The notes beneath the pieces are model-generated. The model had not been told where the DNA came from. It searched no databases and saw only the letters and a list, made by a program, of their open reading frames with translations. Below, in pieces: positions 44,794-54,653 of a DNA stretch of 64,000 bases. The position numbers were made by a program, and so were the translations under genes. Source of the DNA: Bacteroidales bacterium (lineage in GTDB: Bacteria; Bacteroidota; Bacteroidia; Bacteroidales; FEN-979). The first letter of the stretch is position 1, and every line of letters begins with the position of its first letter. Where the stretch lies: the NCBI GenBank assembly GCA_025355465.1, contig JANXZO010000070.1:3114-67113 (forward strand), in the 5' to 3' direction.

Positions 44794-46220
44794 AAAGTAG
44801 AACATACACAATTTTGAAAATTTTTTCGTTGGTGACCGTATGCCTGATGTTTCTTGTTCAGGCTACTGCACAAAACGCCATAAACGGAAAAATCCCGGGT
44901 TCATGGAGCGGACCACTAAAGGTGAACGGGGTAGAGATCCGGCTGGTATTAAATATTTCCATGGGCACGGCAGATAGCCTTACAGCAACCCTCGACAGTC
45001 CCGACCAGGGTGCCAAGGGGATTCCAACGAGTAAAGTAGCGTTCCGGAACGACTCACTGAGGGTGGAGGTGAAGTCGATCAGGGGAATTTATACCGGGAG
45101 GTTCAATCCTGAATTCACAACGCTTACCGGGCTTTGGAAACAAGGTGCTTATTCACTTCCGCTGGTGCTGACCCATTCCGCAGAAACCTTCAAACTTAAC
45201 AGACCGCAGGAGCCCGTGCCGCCGTTGCCATACCTTGAAGAGGAGGTTAGTTTCCGTAATGTCAAAGCCGGAATCGAATTGGCAGGCACGCTGACCATGC
45301 CCTCAACCGGAGGTCCGTTCCCGGCCGTGGTCCTGATTACCGGTTCGGGGCCGCAAAACCGCAATGAGGAGTTGATGGGACATAAACCTTTTCTGGTGAT
45401 TGCCGACTGGCTCACCCGGCAGGGAATAGCGGTTCTGCGCTACGATGACCGTGGCATTGGCAGATCTGGCGGGACCTTCAGCGGATCCACAACGTTTGAT
45501 TTTGCCGATGATGCCGAAGCTGGCTTCGATTTTCTTCGGCAACATAAAAACATTGACACTTCCCGGTGCGGGTTCATCGGCCACAGCGAAGGCGGACTAA
45601 TTGCTCCGTTAATCGCCTCCAGGCGGACTGATGTAAAATATATCATTTTGCTGGCAGGACCCGGGCTTTCAGGGGATGAGATCATCCTGATGCAGACCGA
45701 TCTGATAAGCCGCGCCGAAGGCATGACCGACAAACAGATACTCCCGTCGTTGCGGTTAACCAAAGATATTTTTTCGGTTTTGCGGAAGACTTCCGATGAC
45801 CAGAAAGCTGAGGTAAAAATTACGAAACTGATGAAGGATTACAACCTAAAATATGGTGGCGATTCAGTTCCAGACACCTCCGCTTCCGCATCCATTGCAA
45901 CCCAGGTAAAAACCATGATCTCTCCGTGGTTCAGAACATTCATCAGATTTAACCCCACCGATTATCTGTCAAAGGTAAAATGCCCCGTTCTGGCCATGAA
46001 TGGCGAACTTGATCTGCAGGTTCCTCCCAAAGAGAACCTTCAGGCCATCGAACGTGCACTTGTTTTCGGAGGAAATGCTACCTACCGGATTGAAGAACTT
46101 CCCGGGCTGAACCACTTGTTTCAGCATGCAATCAAAGGATCACCGTCAGAGTACGGGAAGATCGAAGAGACCTTTGCTCCCGAAGTCCTGACGATGATCT
46201 CTTCGTGGATCAATAAATAA
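44787..46220 (+). CDS. secreted alpha/beta hydrolase (serine hydrolase)
   Basis: 477-aa ORF with a signal peptide and the nucleophile elbow GHSEGG in an alpha/beta-fold context. Confidence 0.8.
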   Translation: MVKSRTYTILKIFSLVTVCLMFLVQATAQNAINGKIPGSWSGPLKVNGVEIRLVLNISMGTADSLTATLDSPDQGAKGIPTSKVAFRNDSLRVEVKSIRGIYTGRFNPEFTTLTGLWKQGAYSLPLVLTHSAETFKLNRPQEPVPPLPYLEEEVSFRNVKAGIELAGTLTMPSTGGPFPAVVLITGSGPQNRNEELMGHKPFLVIADWLTRQGIAVLRYDDRGIGRSGGTFSGSTTFDFADDAEAGFDFLRQHKNIDTSRCGFIGHSEGGLIAPLIASRRTDVKYIILLAGPGLSGDEIILMQTDLISRAEGMTDKQILPSLRLTKDIFSVLRKTSDDQKAEVKITKLMKDYNLKYGGDSVPDTSASASIATQVKTMISPWFRTFIRFNPTDYLSKVKCPVLAMNGELDLQVPPKENLQAIERALVFGGNATYRIEELPGLNHLFQHAIKGSPSEYGKIEETFAPEVLTMISSWINK

Positions 46221-48267
46221 CCTGCATCCTTTTGGTATCCATCATCCGGCCATTGCTGGTCAACCTGTAAAAATAGATACCTGGCCTGAAGCCGGAAGTC
46301 TGGATGACCATGCTGGTAGTTCCTTCAACAACTATTCTGGTCATCAGGATACGTCCCGTGATGTCGACCAGTTCCAGTCTCATCTCCTTGTCTATTCCCG
46401 ACATTGGAATGGTGGTGCTGTAAGCGGCCGGGTTCGGATAATTTTGTCCGAGCATGGCTTTATGCGAACCGTTAACAGTGCCAATACCGGTCCACGGATT
46501 CCCGCCGAACCAATCGTGGGCTACTTTGATGACCTCGTTGCGCGCCGCAACATTCGACATCTGTTCGAGACTTGCTGCCAGGTAAACCGTTTTCCAGTTG
46601 CCATTGGTTGCCCTCACCGCGCCTTTTTTGGTTTTGGCTGTGTTGTAATAGAAAATATCTGTACCCAGACCGATGGCTTTGATCTCGTCGGGAAAAAAGT
46701 TCGTTCCGCCATATACATTGGTAAGTGGTGACGTGGGAACAGCTCCGAAGATCGTATCCGCCGTGTTGGCGATATACTGGTTGTTGGCAGTGGAGCCATC
46801 ATTCAGGTACTGCGCACATAAAAAATTGGTGTAAAACGCCTTGGTGGCAGTCGTACCGTTTCCTGAAGGATCGAAAGTATCCCAGCCTATATCCTGTCCT
46901 GACACAAAAAGATTCTTTCCGGCATTCAGTTCTGAAGTAAAAATTGCAGCAGAGGCATCCGTGAAAGAGGGGAAGGACCAGCCAACATTGAAATAATAGT
47001 TGGTAACATTGGTCAGACAGTTAGCCGCATAACCATTCTTAAAGGAGGTCATATCGAGCACCCCAAAGGCAGTACTTCCTGCATAAACCAATCCGTCGAT
47101 ATACCGTTGCTGAAAACTCATGGGAGTCAACCCACCAGTTCCGTCGCCCCAGCCACCGTCATTATTGATGATAATTTCGTAAACTCCGTAAATTACATGT
47201 GATTTCAGCACGACCGGCGCAAATTGCGGATTATCCAGCGATTTCATCGTGAGTGCGTATTCTCCAAGCGAAGCATCTGGTCCCACAACTACGTTAACCT
47301 GTAAATCATAGGTAGTCTTTGCAGGAATGGCCAGGTTTACCGAGTCGTTATAGGCAATACCATTGATGGTGAAGCCGGCGTCCCAGCTGGATGCCGCGGT
47401 GGAATTGACTTTAAAACGGAAATTCTCGGTTGTTTTTCCAAGGTTCATCACTGTGTAATTAAACGTCACGGTTTCTCCGGGGTAGCCAATTTTGAAGTTC
47501 TGACCGATTCCTACCAGTTCCCAGTGAGGATCAAGGGTTGAACCGGAGTTAAGGATATCCTTGGTGGTTTCGTTCTGGATAAAAGCGCAAGTATAGATCT
47601 GGGTGGTGTCCCAGGTTGCCAGGTCGAGGTTGTAGGTGTAGGTGAACGTTACCGAATCGCCCACTGCAGCAGGGGTATAGCTTGCACCGGAAGTACTCGG
47701 AAGCATTTTTCTGAACACATCGGGGAAGTCCTTTTCGCCATTGGAACCCGGAGGTGTGGCATAATCGATCATTTTCTCAAGAACCGCAACACGGATCTTG
47801 TAGTTTGCAGCAGGAACTGATCCAATACTAAATATTTTCACGGTTACGGTTCGTAAGGTACCTGTGGATGTTTCTGATAATAGAACCCGGATGGGTGCTG
47901 CATCCGAAGCGAGATTATCAACCAGCGTCTGGGTAACACCGGTAGGGCTGCCACGGTATTTATCTCCAAGTCCGACAACATCGGGAACTCCGGTCACGCC
48001 ATAGTAACCAACACGGTCGGCGACCTGTGCGGCATTGTAAAGATTCATCGGGTCATAACCCGGCCAACTCGTGTGATAGGCAATGTGATGTACCCGGCCA
48101 ACATTTGCATTTAATGTAGCCTGCATGGCGGGATTCTGCTGAGCACAGGGGCCGCAGCTAGCCTGGGTAAAATGCTCAAAGATGACATATTTCTTGGCCT
48201 GTGCCATCACCTTAACACAGTGGAGAGAAAGGAAGCTAATCAACAGCAGGGGTAAAATTTTTTTCAT
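46210..48267 (-). CDS. T9SS-secreted protein with N-terminal thioredoxin-fold domain (SCGPC)
   Basis: The signal peptide starts at the ATG at 48267 (MKKILPLLLISFL). It has FEHFTQASCGPCAQQNP and a T9SS C-terminal domain (LGQNYPNPAAYSTTIP...GIYFYRL). The promoter motif at 48299-48306 lies inside the longer ORF, which supports the shorter start. Confidence 0.7.
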   Translation of the reverse strand: MKKILPLLLISFLSLHCVKVMAQAKKYVIFEHFTQASCGPCAQQNPAMQATLNANVGRVHHIAYHTSWPGYDPMNLYNAAQVADRVGYYGVTGVPDVVGLGDKYRGSPTGVTQTLVDNLASDAAPIRVLLSETSTGTLRTVTVKIFSIGSVPAANYKIRVAVLEKMIDYATPPGSNGEKDFPDVFRKMLPSTSGASYTPAAVGDSVTFTYTYNLDLATWDTTQIYTCAFIQNETTKDILNSGSTLDPHWELVGIGQNFKIGYPGETVTFNYTVMNLGKTTENFRFKVNSTAASSWDAGFTINGIAYNDSVNLAIPAKTTYDLQVNVVVGPDASLGEYALTMKSLDNPQFAPVVLKSHVIYGVYEIIINNDGGWGDGTGGLTPMSFQQRYIDGLVYAGSTAFGVLDMTSFKNGYAANCLTNVTNYYFNVGWSFPSFTDASAAIFTSELNAGKNLFVSGQDIGWDTFDPSGNGTTATKAFYTNFLCAQYLNDGSTANNQYIANTADTIFGAVPTSPLTNVYGGTNFFPDEIKAIGLGTDIFYYNTAKTKKGAVRATNGNWKTVYLAASLEQMSNVAARNEVIKVAHDWFGGNPWTGIGTVNGSHKAMLGQNYPNPAAYSTTIPMSGIDKEMRLELVDITGRILMTRIVVEGTTSMVIQTSGFRPGIYFYRLTSNGRMMDTKRMQVIY

Positions 48268-48298
48268 AATTGTCTGTTTTTTGGTTAATAAGAATAAA

Positions 48299-48306
48299 CA
48301 AATGTA
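48299..48306 (-). promoter_or_regulatory. Bacteroidota -7 promoter motif
   Basis: The minus strand reads TACATTTG, 31 nt upstream of the ATG at 48267. Confidence 0.45.
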
Positions 48307-48353
48307 GAAAAAAAATGCGTCGGTGGACAAGGCTCAACTTTGGCAGAATTTTG

Positions 48354-48361
48354 TAAATTTG
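48354..48361 (+). promoter_or_regulatory. Bacteroidota -7 promoter motif
   Basis: TAAATTTG lies 37 nt upstream of the purB ATG. Confidence 0.45.
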
Positions 48362-48398
48362 TGCTTATTGGTGAGTTTTCAATTATCATTTCTAAGTT

Positions 48399-49748
48399 AT
48401 GGATATAAGTCTGAGCGCTGTTTCACCCATCGATGGCCGTTACAGGCATGCAATCGAGCCGTTGTCTGCATTTTTCTCCGAATCGGCCATCATCCGCTAC
48501 CGGCTACTCGTGGAGGTGGAATATTTTATCGCACTCTGTAAAATCCCGCTTCCGCAGCTCGACGAATTTGACAGGAAAGATTTTCAAAAGCTCCGCAGGG
48601 TATACCAGAAATTCAGCGAAGAGGATGCTGTCCAGGTTAAATTGATCGAAAAAGAGACCAACCACGACGTAAAAGCCATCGAATATTTCCTGAAGCAACG
48701 GTTCGACGAATTCGGGATGTCCGCTTTTAAGGAGTTCATTCATTTCGGACTCACTTCACAGGACATCAATAACACTGCATTTCCGCTGGCAATGCGCGAT
48801 GCCTACAATGACTTCGTGGAGCCCCTGCTTGAAAATATCTATTCGGCGCTTTATTCCCGCAGCAAGGAGTGGCAGGCGGTTCCGATGCTGGCACGCACAC
48901 ACGGGCAACCCGCCTCCCCCACCACCGTTGGCAAAGAGCTTTATGTTTTTGTGGAGCGGCTTGGCATGCAACTTGCCCTGCTCGAAACAATTCCGGTTTC
49001 TGCCAAATTCGGCGGGGCAACCGGTAATTTTAATGCCCACAACGTCGCCTATCCCGGTATTGACTGGGTAAAATTCGCCAATAAGTTTGTAAATGGCACA
49101 TTGGGCCTTGAGCGCTGCCAGACGACCACGCAGATTGAACATTACGACAACATGGCGGCCCTGTTCGACAATCTGAAACGGATCAACACGATCCTGATAG
49201 ACCTTAACCGCGACATCTGGGCCTATATCTCCATGGATTATTTCAAGCAGAAAGTGAAGAAGAGCGAAACCGGCTCCTCCACCATGCCGCATAAAGTTAA
49301 CCCTATCGACTTCGAGAATTCCGAAGGCAACCTGGGTTTGGCCAATGCGCTTTTCGAACACCTGTCGGCTAAACTTCCCATCTCAAGACTTCAGCGCGAC
49401 CTCACCGATTCCACCGTGCTACGCAACATCGGAGTTCCCTTTGCACACTCCATCATCGCCTATAAATCGCTGTTGAAAGGGCTCGACAAGCTGATTCTCA
49501 ATGAAACCAGGATCACCTCTGAGCTGAACGATAACTGGGCCGTGGTTTCTGAAGCCATCCAGACCATCCTTCGCCGCGAAGGTTATCCAAACCCTTATGA
49601 AGCGCTAAAGGAGCTGACGCGAGGTCAACAGGGTATCACCGAAAAATCGCTTGCCTCCTTCATCGGGAGTCTGAAAATATCCAAAAAGATAAAAGATGAA
49701 CTTTTATCAATCACCCCGCACAATTATATCGGGATCATTGACTTTTGA
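48399..49748 (+). CDS. purB: adenylosuccinate lyase
   Basis: 449-aa ORF with SPIDGRY, the signature GSSTMPHKVNP and the overall fumarate-lyase family pattern. Confidence 0.95.
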   Translation: MDISLSAVSPIDGRYRHAIEPLSAFFSESAIIRYRLLVEVEYFIALCKIPLPQLDEFDRKDFQKLRRVYQKFSEEDAVQVKLIEKETNHDVKAIEYFLKQRFDEFGMSAFKEFIHFGLTSQDINNTAFPLAMRDAYNDFVEPLLENIYSALYSRSKEWQAVPMLARTHGQPASPTTVGKELYVFVERLGMQLALLETIPVSAKFGGATGNFNAHNVAYPGIDWVKFANKFVNGTLGLERCQTTTQIEHYDNMAALFDNLKRINTILIDLNRDIWAYISMDYFKQKVKKSETGSSTMPHKVNPIDFENSEGNLGLANALFEHLSAKLPISRLQRDLTDSTVLRNIGVPFAHSIIAYKSLLKGLDKLILNETRITSELNDNWAVVSEAIQTILRREGYPNPYEALKELTRGQQGITEKSLASFIGSLKISKKIKDELLSITPHNYIGIIDF

Positions 49749-49766
49749 CATGCAGCAATCAGCAAA

Positions 49767-50660
49767 ATGCTAAAAGTCCCACTCCTCGTTTGGTTACTTT
49801 TCCCGGCACTATTTATTTTTCCAGGAGCATCCCAAGGGCAATTTATCCTTGCCGGTGAACACCCCGGCAACACCCATTACGTGGATATTGTCCCGGACAC
49901 GACACTTACCGGACCATACAACCATCCCCCCGGGTTACTGCCACCCGTAGTTTATCCCATCGACATCAATGGAGACAACCGTAACGAGTTTTTCATCAGC
50001 GCGGTGGGCTCCTGGATGAACGGAGGAGGCGGTACAGATATCAGCATCCGGAGTTTTGACAAAAACGTTGCCCAGATCGCCTATGGATCCAGGGACCGTT
50101 GCTTTTATTCAGACACCATCTGGGTTTGGTATGAAACGGCGAAATCGCTGAAATCAGGAGATACCATCAGCCACATACTGACCTGGCATAACGATTCGAT
50201 ACTTCCGCTCTACCGTTATTCATGGAGTGTGGGTTACGGAAGTTGCGCCACAACTGCGTTCGTTAATGATTCCCTAGGCAATTATATCGGTGTGAGACTC
50301 ATTTCGTCCTCCGACACGATGTATGGCTGGATCAAAGTTACCAACGTGAACTTTTTATCGTTCACGGTTCAGGAGTTTGCCTTTGGAAAAAATACCATCG
50401 GGATAGACGAACCTGTTGGTCATATCCGTATTTATCCCAATCCTTCTCACGGAATTTTCAATATTGAGACCCAGTTCCCGGATTTCGACCTCATGGTTTA
50501 CGACCATTACGGGCTGTTGTTAATGAAACAGGAACATATTTCAGGCAATATTCGGGTGGATATTATCGGCCGGCAAAGCGGAATCTACTATTTAAAATTC
50601 ATTGCCGGAAAAACTGTTCTGATCAGGAAGGTTTTTAAAATTCAGGCGACGGTGCAATAA
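49767..50660 (+). CDS. hypothetical T9SS-secreted protein
   Basis: 297-aa ORF with a signal peptide and a T9SS C-terminal domain (IRIYPNPSHGIFNIE...GIYYLKF). Confidence 0.6.
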   Translation: MLKVPLLVWLLFPALFIFPGASQGQFILAGEHPGNTHYVDIVPDTTLTGPYNHPPGLLPPVVYPIDINGDNRNEFFISAVGSWMNGGGGTDISIRSFDKNVAQIAYGSRDRCFYSDTIWVWYETAKSLKSGDTISHILTWHNDSILPLYRYSWSVGYGSCATTAFVNDSLGNYIGVRLISSSDTMYGWIKVTNVNFLSFTVQEFAFGKNTIGIDEPVGHIRIYPNPSHGIFNIETQFPDFDLMVYDHYGLLLMKQEHISGNIRVDIIGRQSGIYYLKFIAGKTVLIRKVFKIQATVQ

Positions 50661-50702
50661 TTTTCAGAGCTCCTGTTTTATCAGAATCCGGTATTCTTGC
50701 AA

Positions 50703-50710
50703 TATCTTTG
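50703..50710 (+). promoter_or_regulatory. Bacteroidota -7 promoter motif
   Basis: TATCTTTG lies 10 nt before the ATG at 50721 and 19 nt before the ATG at 50730. Confidence 0.4.
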
Positions 50711-50720
50711 TCATGTTATC

Positions 50721-51620
50721 ATGGAAAAAATGAAAGTAAGCGGTTTCACCTTTGTGAGAAATGCCATCAAATACGACTACCCGGTGGTTGAGTCCATTGG
50801 TTCCATTTTGCCGTTGTGCGATGAATTCATTGTAGCTGTAGGCAATTCCGATGACGGAACCCGGGAATTGATCGAATCGATAGCATCTCCCAAAATCCGA
50901 ATCATCGATACCGTGTGGGACGACAACTTGCGAACAGGCGGCAAGGTGCTGGCGCTTGAAACCGACAAAGCATTTTCAGCCATTTCGCCAGACAGCACCT
51001 GGGCATTCTACCTTCAGGCCGATGAGGTGGTTCATGAAAGGTACCGCGATCCCATCGCAACGGCCATGAAAAAATGGAAGGGTGATCCCCAGGTTGAAGG
51101 ACTCATGTTTGATTATCTTCACTTCTTCGGGTCGTACGATTTTGTTGGAGATTCGCGGAAGTGGTACCGCAATGAAATTCGTATCATAAGGAATGACAAA
51201 CAGATACATTCGTGGCTCGATGCCCAGGGATTCCGGAAAAACGAAAAGAAACTCCGGGTGGTTCCTGCACAGGCAGCTGTTTACCATTATGGCTGGGTAA
51301 AACCACCGGCCAATCAGCAGGCAAAACTTGAATCGTTTCATAAATACTGGCACAACGACCAATGGATCGAGAAAAAGGTGGCAAAAACCGAGACTTTTGA
51401 CTACACCGGGATCGATTCGCTGGCAAAGTTTAACGGGACACATCCGGCGGTAATGCAGCATCGCATTAACGAGAAAAACTGGGAATTCCCCTATGATCCG
51501 GCACTTCGCAACCACTCCCTGAAAAGCGACATGCTTCATTTCATCGAAAAGAAAACAGGCTGGAGACCGGGAGAATACAGAAATTACAGGTTAGTCGGAG
51601 GGAAACTCGGGCGACCATGA
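50721..51620 (+). CDS. glycosyltransferase-like protein (GT2-like)
   Basis: The N-terminus KVSGFTFVRNAIKYDYPVVESIGSILPLCDEFIVAVGNSDDGT is as in a conserved Bacteroidota glycosyltransferase-annotated family. The start may be 50730. Confidence 0.5.
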   Translation: MEKMKVSGFTFVRNAIKYDYPVVESIGSILPLCDEFIVAVGNSDDGTRELIESIASPKIRIIDTVWDDNLRTGGKVLALETDKAFSAISPDSTWAFYLQADEVVHERYRDPIATAMKKWKGDPQVEGLMFDYLHFFGSYDFVGDSRKWYRNEIRIIRNDKQIHSWLDAQGFRKNEKKLRVVPAQAAVYHYGWVKPPANQQAKLESFHKYWHNDQWIEKKVAKTETFDYTGIDSLAKFNGTHPAVMQHRINEKNWEFPYDPALRNHSLKSDMLHFIEKKTGWRPGEYRNYRLVGGKLGRP

Positions 51621-51662
51621 AATCCGGCATCTGATTCGAGGTTTACAATATTCATTTTTTTG

Positions 51663-51670
51663 TATTTTTG
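51663..51670 (+). promoter_or_regulatory. Bacteroidota -7 promoter motif
   Basis: TATTTTTG lies 17 nt upstream of the ATG at 51688. Confidence 0.45.
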
Positions 51671-51687
51671 CAATAAACTAAACTACT

Positions 51688-52227
51688 ATGGATTTAAGCA
51701 AGATCTTATCGATTGCCGGAAAAAGCGGATTGTACAAGGTAGTTTCACAAGGCAAAAACGCTGTCATTGTGGAGTCACTTCTAGACAATAAACGGTTCCC
51801 GGCGTTCGGCCACGAAAAGATCAGTTCACTCGAAGAGATCTCAGTTTTTACTACCGGCGAGGATATGCCCCTGAAGCAGGTTTTCAAATCCATGCTCGAA
51901 AAGCTGGGTGACCAGCCTCCCATCGACACAAAATCTGACAACACTGCATTGAAAACATTTTTTACAGGCATCATACCCGATTTCGACCAGGATCGCGTTT
52001 ATGTATCGGATATCAAGAAGATGATCAGCTGGTACAACCTGCTGATCAAGCATCAGTTACTGGACTTCACCGAAGAAAAACCGACCGACGAAACAGCGAC
52101 AGCGCCAACAGAGTCTGCCCTCGTCCAACCAGCTGAGCCGGAAAATCCTGAGACTCCGGAGACCCCCAAAAAGAAAACTCCGAAAGCAAAGCCTGCGGCC
52201 GCAAAAAAAGAGAAGAAAAGTGAATAA
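51688..52227 (+). CDS. DUF5606-like protein with Lys/Pro-rich C-terminal tail
   Basis: 179-aa ORF. The N-terminus ILSIAGKSGLYKVVSQGKNAVIVESLLDNKRFPAF resembles DUF5606. The tail is low-complexity and basic (PKKKTPKAKPAAAKKEKK). Confidence 0.5.
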   Translation: MDLSKILSIAGKSGLYKVVSQGKNAVIVESLLDNKRFPAFGHEKISSLEEISVFTTGEDMPLKQVFKSMLEKLGDQPPIDTKSDNTALKTFFTGIIPDFDQDRVYVSDIKKMISWYNLLIKHQLLDFTEEKPTDETATAPTESALVQPAEPENPETPETPKKKTPKAKPAAAKKEKKSE

Positions 52228-52258
52228 TTAATGTAATTTAGTAATCAAAATCATAACC

Positions 52259-52930
52259 ATGAAAATTTTACACAAACTCAGCCTCGTTTTGGTCCTGTTG
52301 CTTGCGGTAAGCGTCTCCGGATTTGCGGGGTCTAAAAAAATTAAATTCAGCTGTTCTGAGGCCGATGCAAAGATTTTCGTTGACGGCAAACAGATGGGTT
52401 TTGGTCAGATTGAATTAATCATCCCTTCCTATTCCTGCGTTACCGTGAAGGTCGAAAAATCAGCCTATCTGACAACCATCATTGAATTCTGCAACAAGGC
52501 GACTTACGTAGTTCCCAAGACCTACTACTGCCAGATGGAAAAAGATGATGCGTACGATGCATCAGAAGCCACCGACATCGCCAATATCGATATAGAGATC
52601 CGGACGAAGAAGACGGAACTCGAAGCCTGGAAACTGATCAGTCAGATCATCACCTCCTATTTCGACATGATTGAAGTGACCGACCGCGAAACCGGTTACC
52701 TCCGCACTGCCTGGACTGTTCAGACTTTCAAGCAGAAGACGGTGCGTACTAGAATGATCGTTAAACTGGGTTCCTCTGAGCCCCTCACCTATAAAATCAA
52801 ACTGGTGAGCGAAGGTGCAAATGCTCCACAAACAAGCGTAAAAAGCGATGAACTTTTCAAAGAGTGGGACCGCGTTTTAAGGAAATACAAAGAGGTCATC
52901 CACGAAATTCAGACACGTCTAGGCAGTTAA
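52259..52930 (+). CDS. hypothetical secreted protein (PEGA-like N-terminal segment)
   Basis: 223-aa ORF with a signal peptide. CSEADAKIFVDGKQMGFG resembles a PEGA motif. Confidence 0.45.
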   Translation: MKILHKLSLVLVLLLAVSVSGFAGSKKIKFSCSEADAKIFVDGKQMGFGQIELIIPSYSCVTVKVEKSAYLTTIIEFCNKATYVVPKTYYCQMEKDDAYDASEATDIANIDIEIRTKKTELEAWKLISQIITSYFDMIEVTDRETGYLRTAWTVQTFKQKTVRTRMIVKLGSSEPLTYKIKLVSEGANAPQTSVKSDELFKEWDRVLRKYKEVIHEIQTRLGS

Positions 52931-52941
52931 TTATCAGTTTA

Positions 52942-53721
52942 ATGCAGTTTAACAAACAGGTACAGGAGCTGAAGGTGACCGGGTACACCCGGTTAAATCC
53001 CCGACATTTTGTGCTTGAACTTCTGGCGCCGGAAAAACTTCCGGTAATTCTGCCGGGCCAGTTTGCACAGGTGCTCGTTGAGGGTTCTCCGTCAACTTTC
53101 CTGCGCCGTCCCTTTTCGATCCACACCGTCGATTATTCCAGAAACACCATCCGGCTCCTGATCCAGATCAAAGGTGAAGGAACCAGGCATCTTGCCAGGC
53201 TAAAAGAGGGCGACAGCCTGAATGTTATGTATCCGCTCGGGAATTCCTTCTCGATACCCACCACCAAAGAGGTGTTGCTTGTTGGCGGCGGATGTGGCGT
53301 AGCACCCCTGCTGTTCCTTTCTCAATTTCTTCACCAGCAGCAGATAAGACCTTCGATCGTAGTCGGGTTCAGAACCCGGGAGGAGGTCTCTGAAATTGAG
53401 GAGTATTCCAGGTATGGTGATGTTTTCGTTACCACCGACGACGGTACGGAAGGAGAGAAAGGGCTTGTGGTAGACCACTCCATTTTTCAGAAGGAACGCC
53501 TTCCCTTCGCCAAAATTTATTGCTGTGGGCCCGATGCCATGATGAAAACCGTTGCCCGGCTTGCCCGGATGCACCGTATCGATTGTGAAGTTTCCCTTGA
53601 GAACACCATGGCTTGCGGTTTCGGCGTTTGCCTCTGCTGTATCACCCCCACTGATAAAGGAAATGAGCGGGTATGTGTGGAAGGACCGGTGTTCAACATT
53701 AACCGCCTGAAATGGCAATAA
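52942..53721 (+). CDS. pyrK: dihydroorotate dehydrogenase electron-transfer subunit
   Basis: FAD/NAD-binding fold (RRPFSI, GGGCGVAPL) and a C-terminal 2Fe-2S Cys cluster (CGFGVCLCC). The ATG at 52942 follows the previous stop. Confidence 0.85.
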   Translation: MQFNKQVQELKVTGYTRLNPRHFVLELLAPEKLPVILPGQFAQVLVEGSPSTFLRRPFSIHTVDYSRNTIRLLIQIKGEGTRHLARLKEGDSLNVMYPLGNSFSIPTTKEVLLVGGGCGVAPLLFLSQFLHQQQIRPSIVVGFRTREEVSEIEEYSRYGDVFVTTDDGTEGEKGLVVDHSIFQKERLPFAKIYCCGPDAMMKTVARLARMHRIDCEVSLENTMACGFGVCLCCITPTDKGNERVCVEGPVFNINRLKWQ

Positions 53722-53729
53722 AACGATAA

Positions 53730-54644
53730 ATGGCTGATCTTTCGGTAAACATCTCCGGTCTCACCTTTAAAAATCCGGTCACCACGGCATCGGGAACTTT
53801 CGGTTATGGTGATGAATTTACCGATTTTATCGATATCGGGCGGCTTGGCGGGATTTTCGTGAAGGCGGTTACCGGCCGTAACCGCGATGGCAACGCCTAC
53901 CCCCGTATGGCAGAGACTGCCTCAGGGATGCTCAATTCTGTCGGTTTGCAAAACAAGGGAGTGGACCATTTCTGCCGCGAGATCTACCCGAAGATCAAGG
54001 ATTTCAACACGCAGGTTATCGTCAACGTTTCCGGCTCCACAGTGGAAGAGTATGTTGAGGTTGCCGAACGAATCAATGAACTTGAAAATATTCCGGGCAT
54101 CGAACTCAACATCTCCTGTCCCAATGTAAAACTGGGAGGCATGGCCTTCGGCACCGTTCCCTCCATGGCCACCGAGGTTACGCGGGAGGTAAGAAACGTT
54201 TACAAAAAGGTGTTGATGGTGAAGTTGTCGCCCAATGTCACCAGTATTACCGACCTGGCAAAAGCCGTTGTCGACGGCGGCGCCGATGTGGTGACCCTGA
54301 TCAACACGTTGCTCGGCATGGCCATCGACGTGGAACGACGGCGTCCGGTTCTTTCCACCATCACCGGGGGACTTTCCGGCCCTGCCATCAAACCGGTGGC
54401 CCTTCGCATGGTGTGGCAGGTTCACAAGGCGGTGAATGTGCCCATCATCGGTCTCGGCGGAATCATGAACGCTACCGATGCCATTGAATTCCTCCTGGCC
54501 GGCGCCTCTGCCATTCAGGTTGGAACCGCCAATTTCATTGATCCACAAATTTCCGTGAAAATCGTGGATGGTATCGATGCCTATCTGAATAAACACAAGA
54601 TCAATAAGGTTACCGACCTCATCGGTGCACTCCGGACAGAATAA
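53730..54644 (+). CDS. pyrD: dihydroorotate dehydrogenase, class 1B catalytic subunit
   Basis: 304-aa ORF with [19 protein letters not shown] and [10 protein letters not shown]. Confidence 0.95.
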   Translation: MADLSVNISGLTFKNPVTTASGTFGYGDEFTDFIDIGRLGGIFVKAVTGRNRDGNAYPRMAETASGMLNSVGLQNKGVDHFCREIYPKIKDFNTQVIVNVSGSTVEEYVEVAERINELENIPGIELNISCPNVKLGGMAFGTVPSMATEVTREVRNVYKKVLMVKLSPNVTSITDLAKAVVDGGADVVTLINTLLGMAIDVERRRPVLSTITGGLSGPAIKPVALRMVWQVHKAVNVPIIGLGGIMNATDAIEFLLAGASAIQVGTANFIDPQISVKIVDGIDAYLNKHKINKVTDLIGALRTE

Positions 54645-54653
54645 TCTTATCCT

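Noticed and set aside
44528-44873. Minus-strand ORFs with repeated HHFTISPF peptides
   Set aside because: They are an artefact of the octamer repeat, which has no stop codons on the minus strand. They also overlap two well-supported plus-strand genes.
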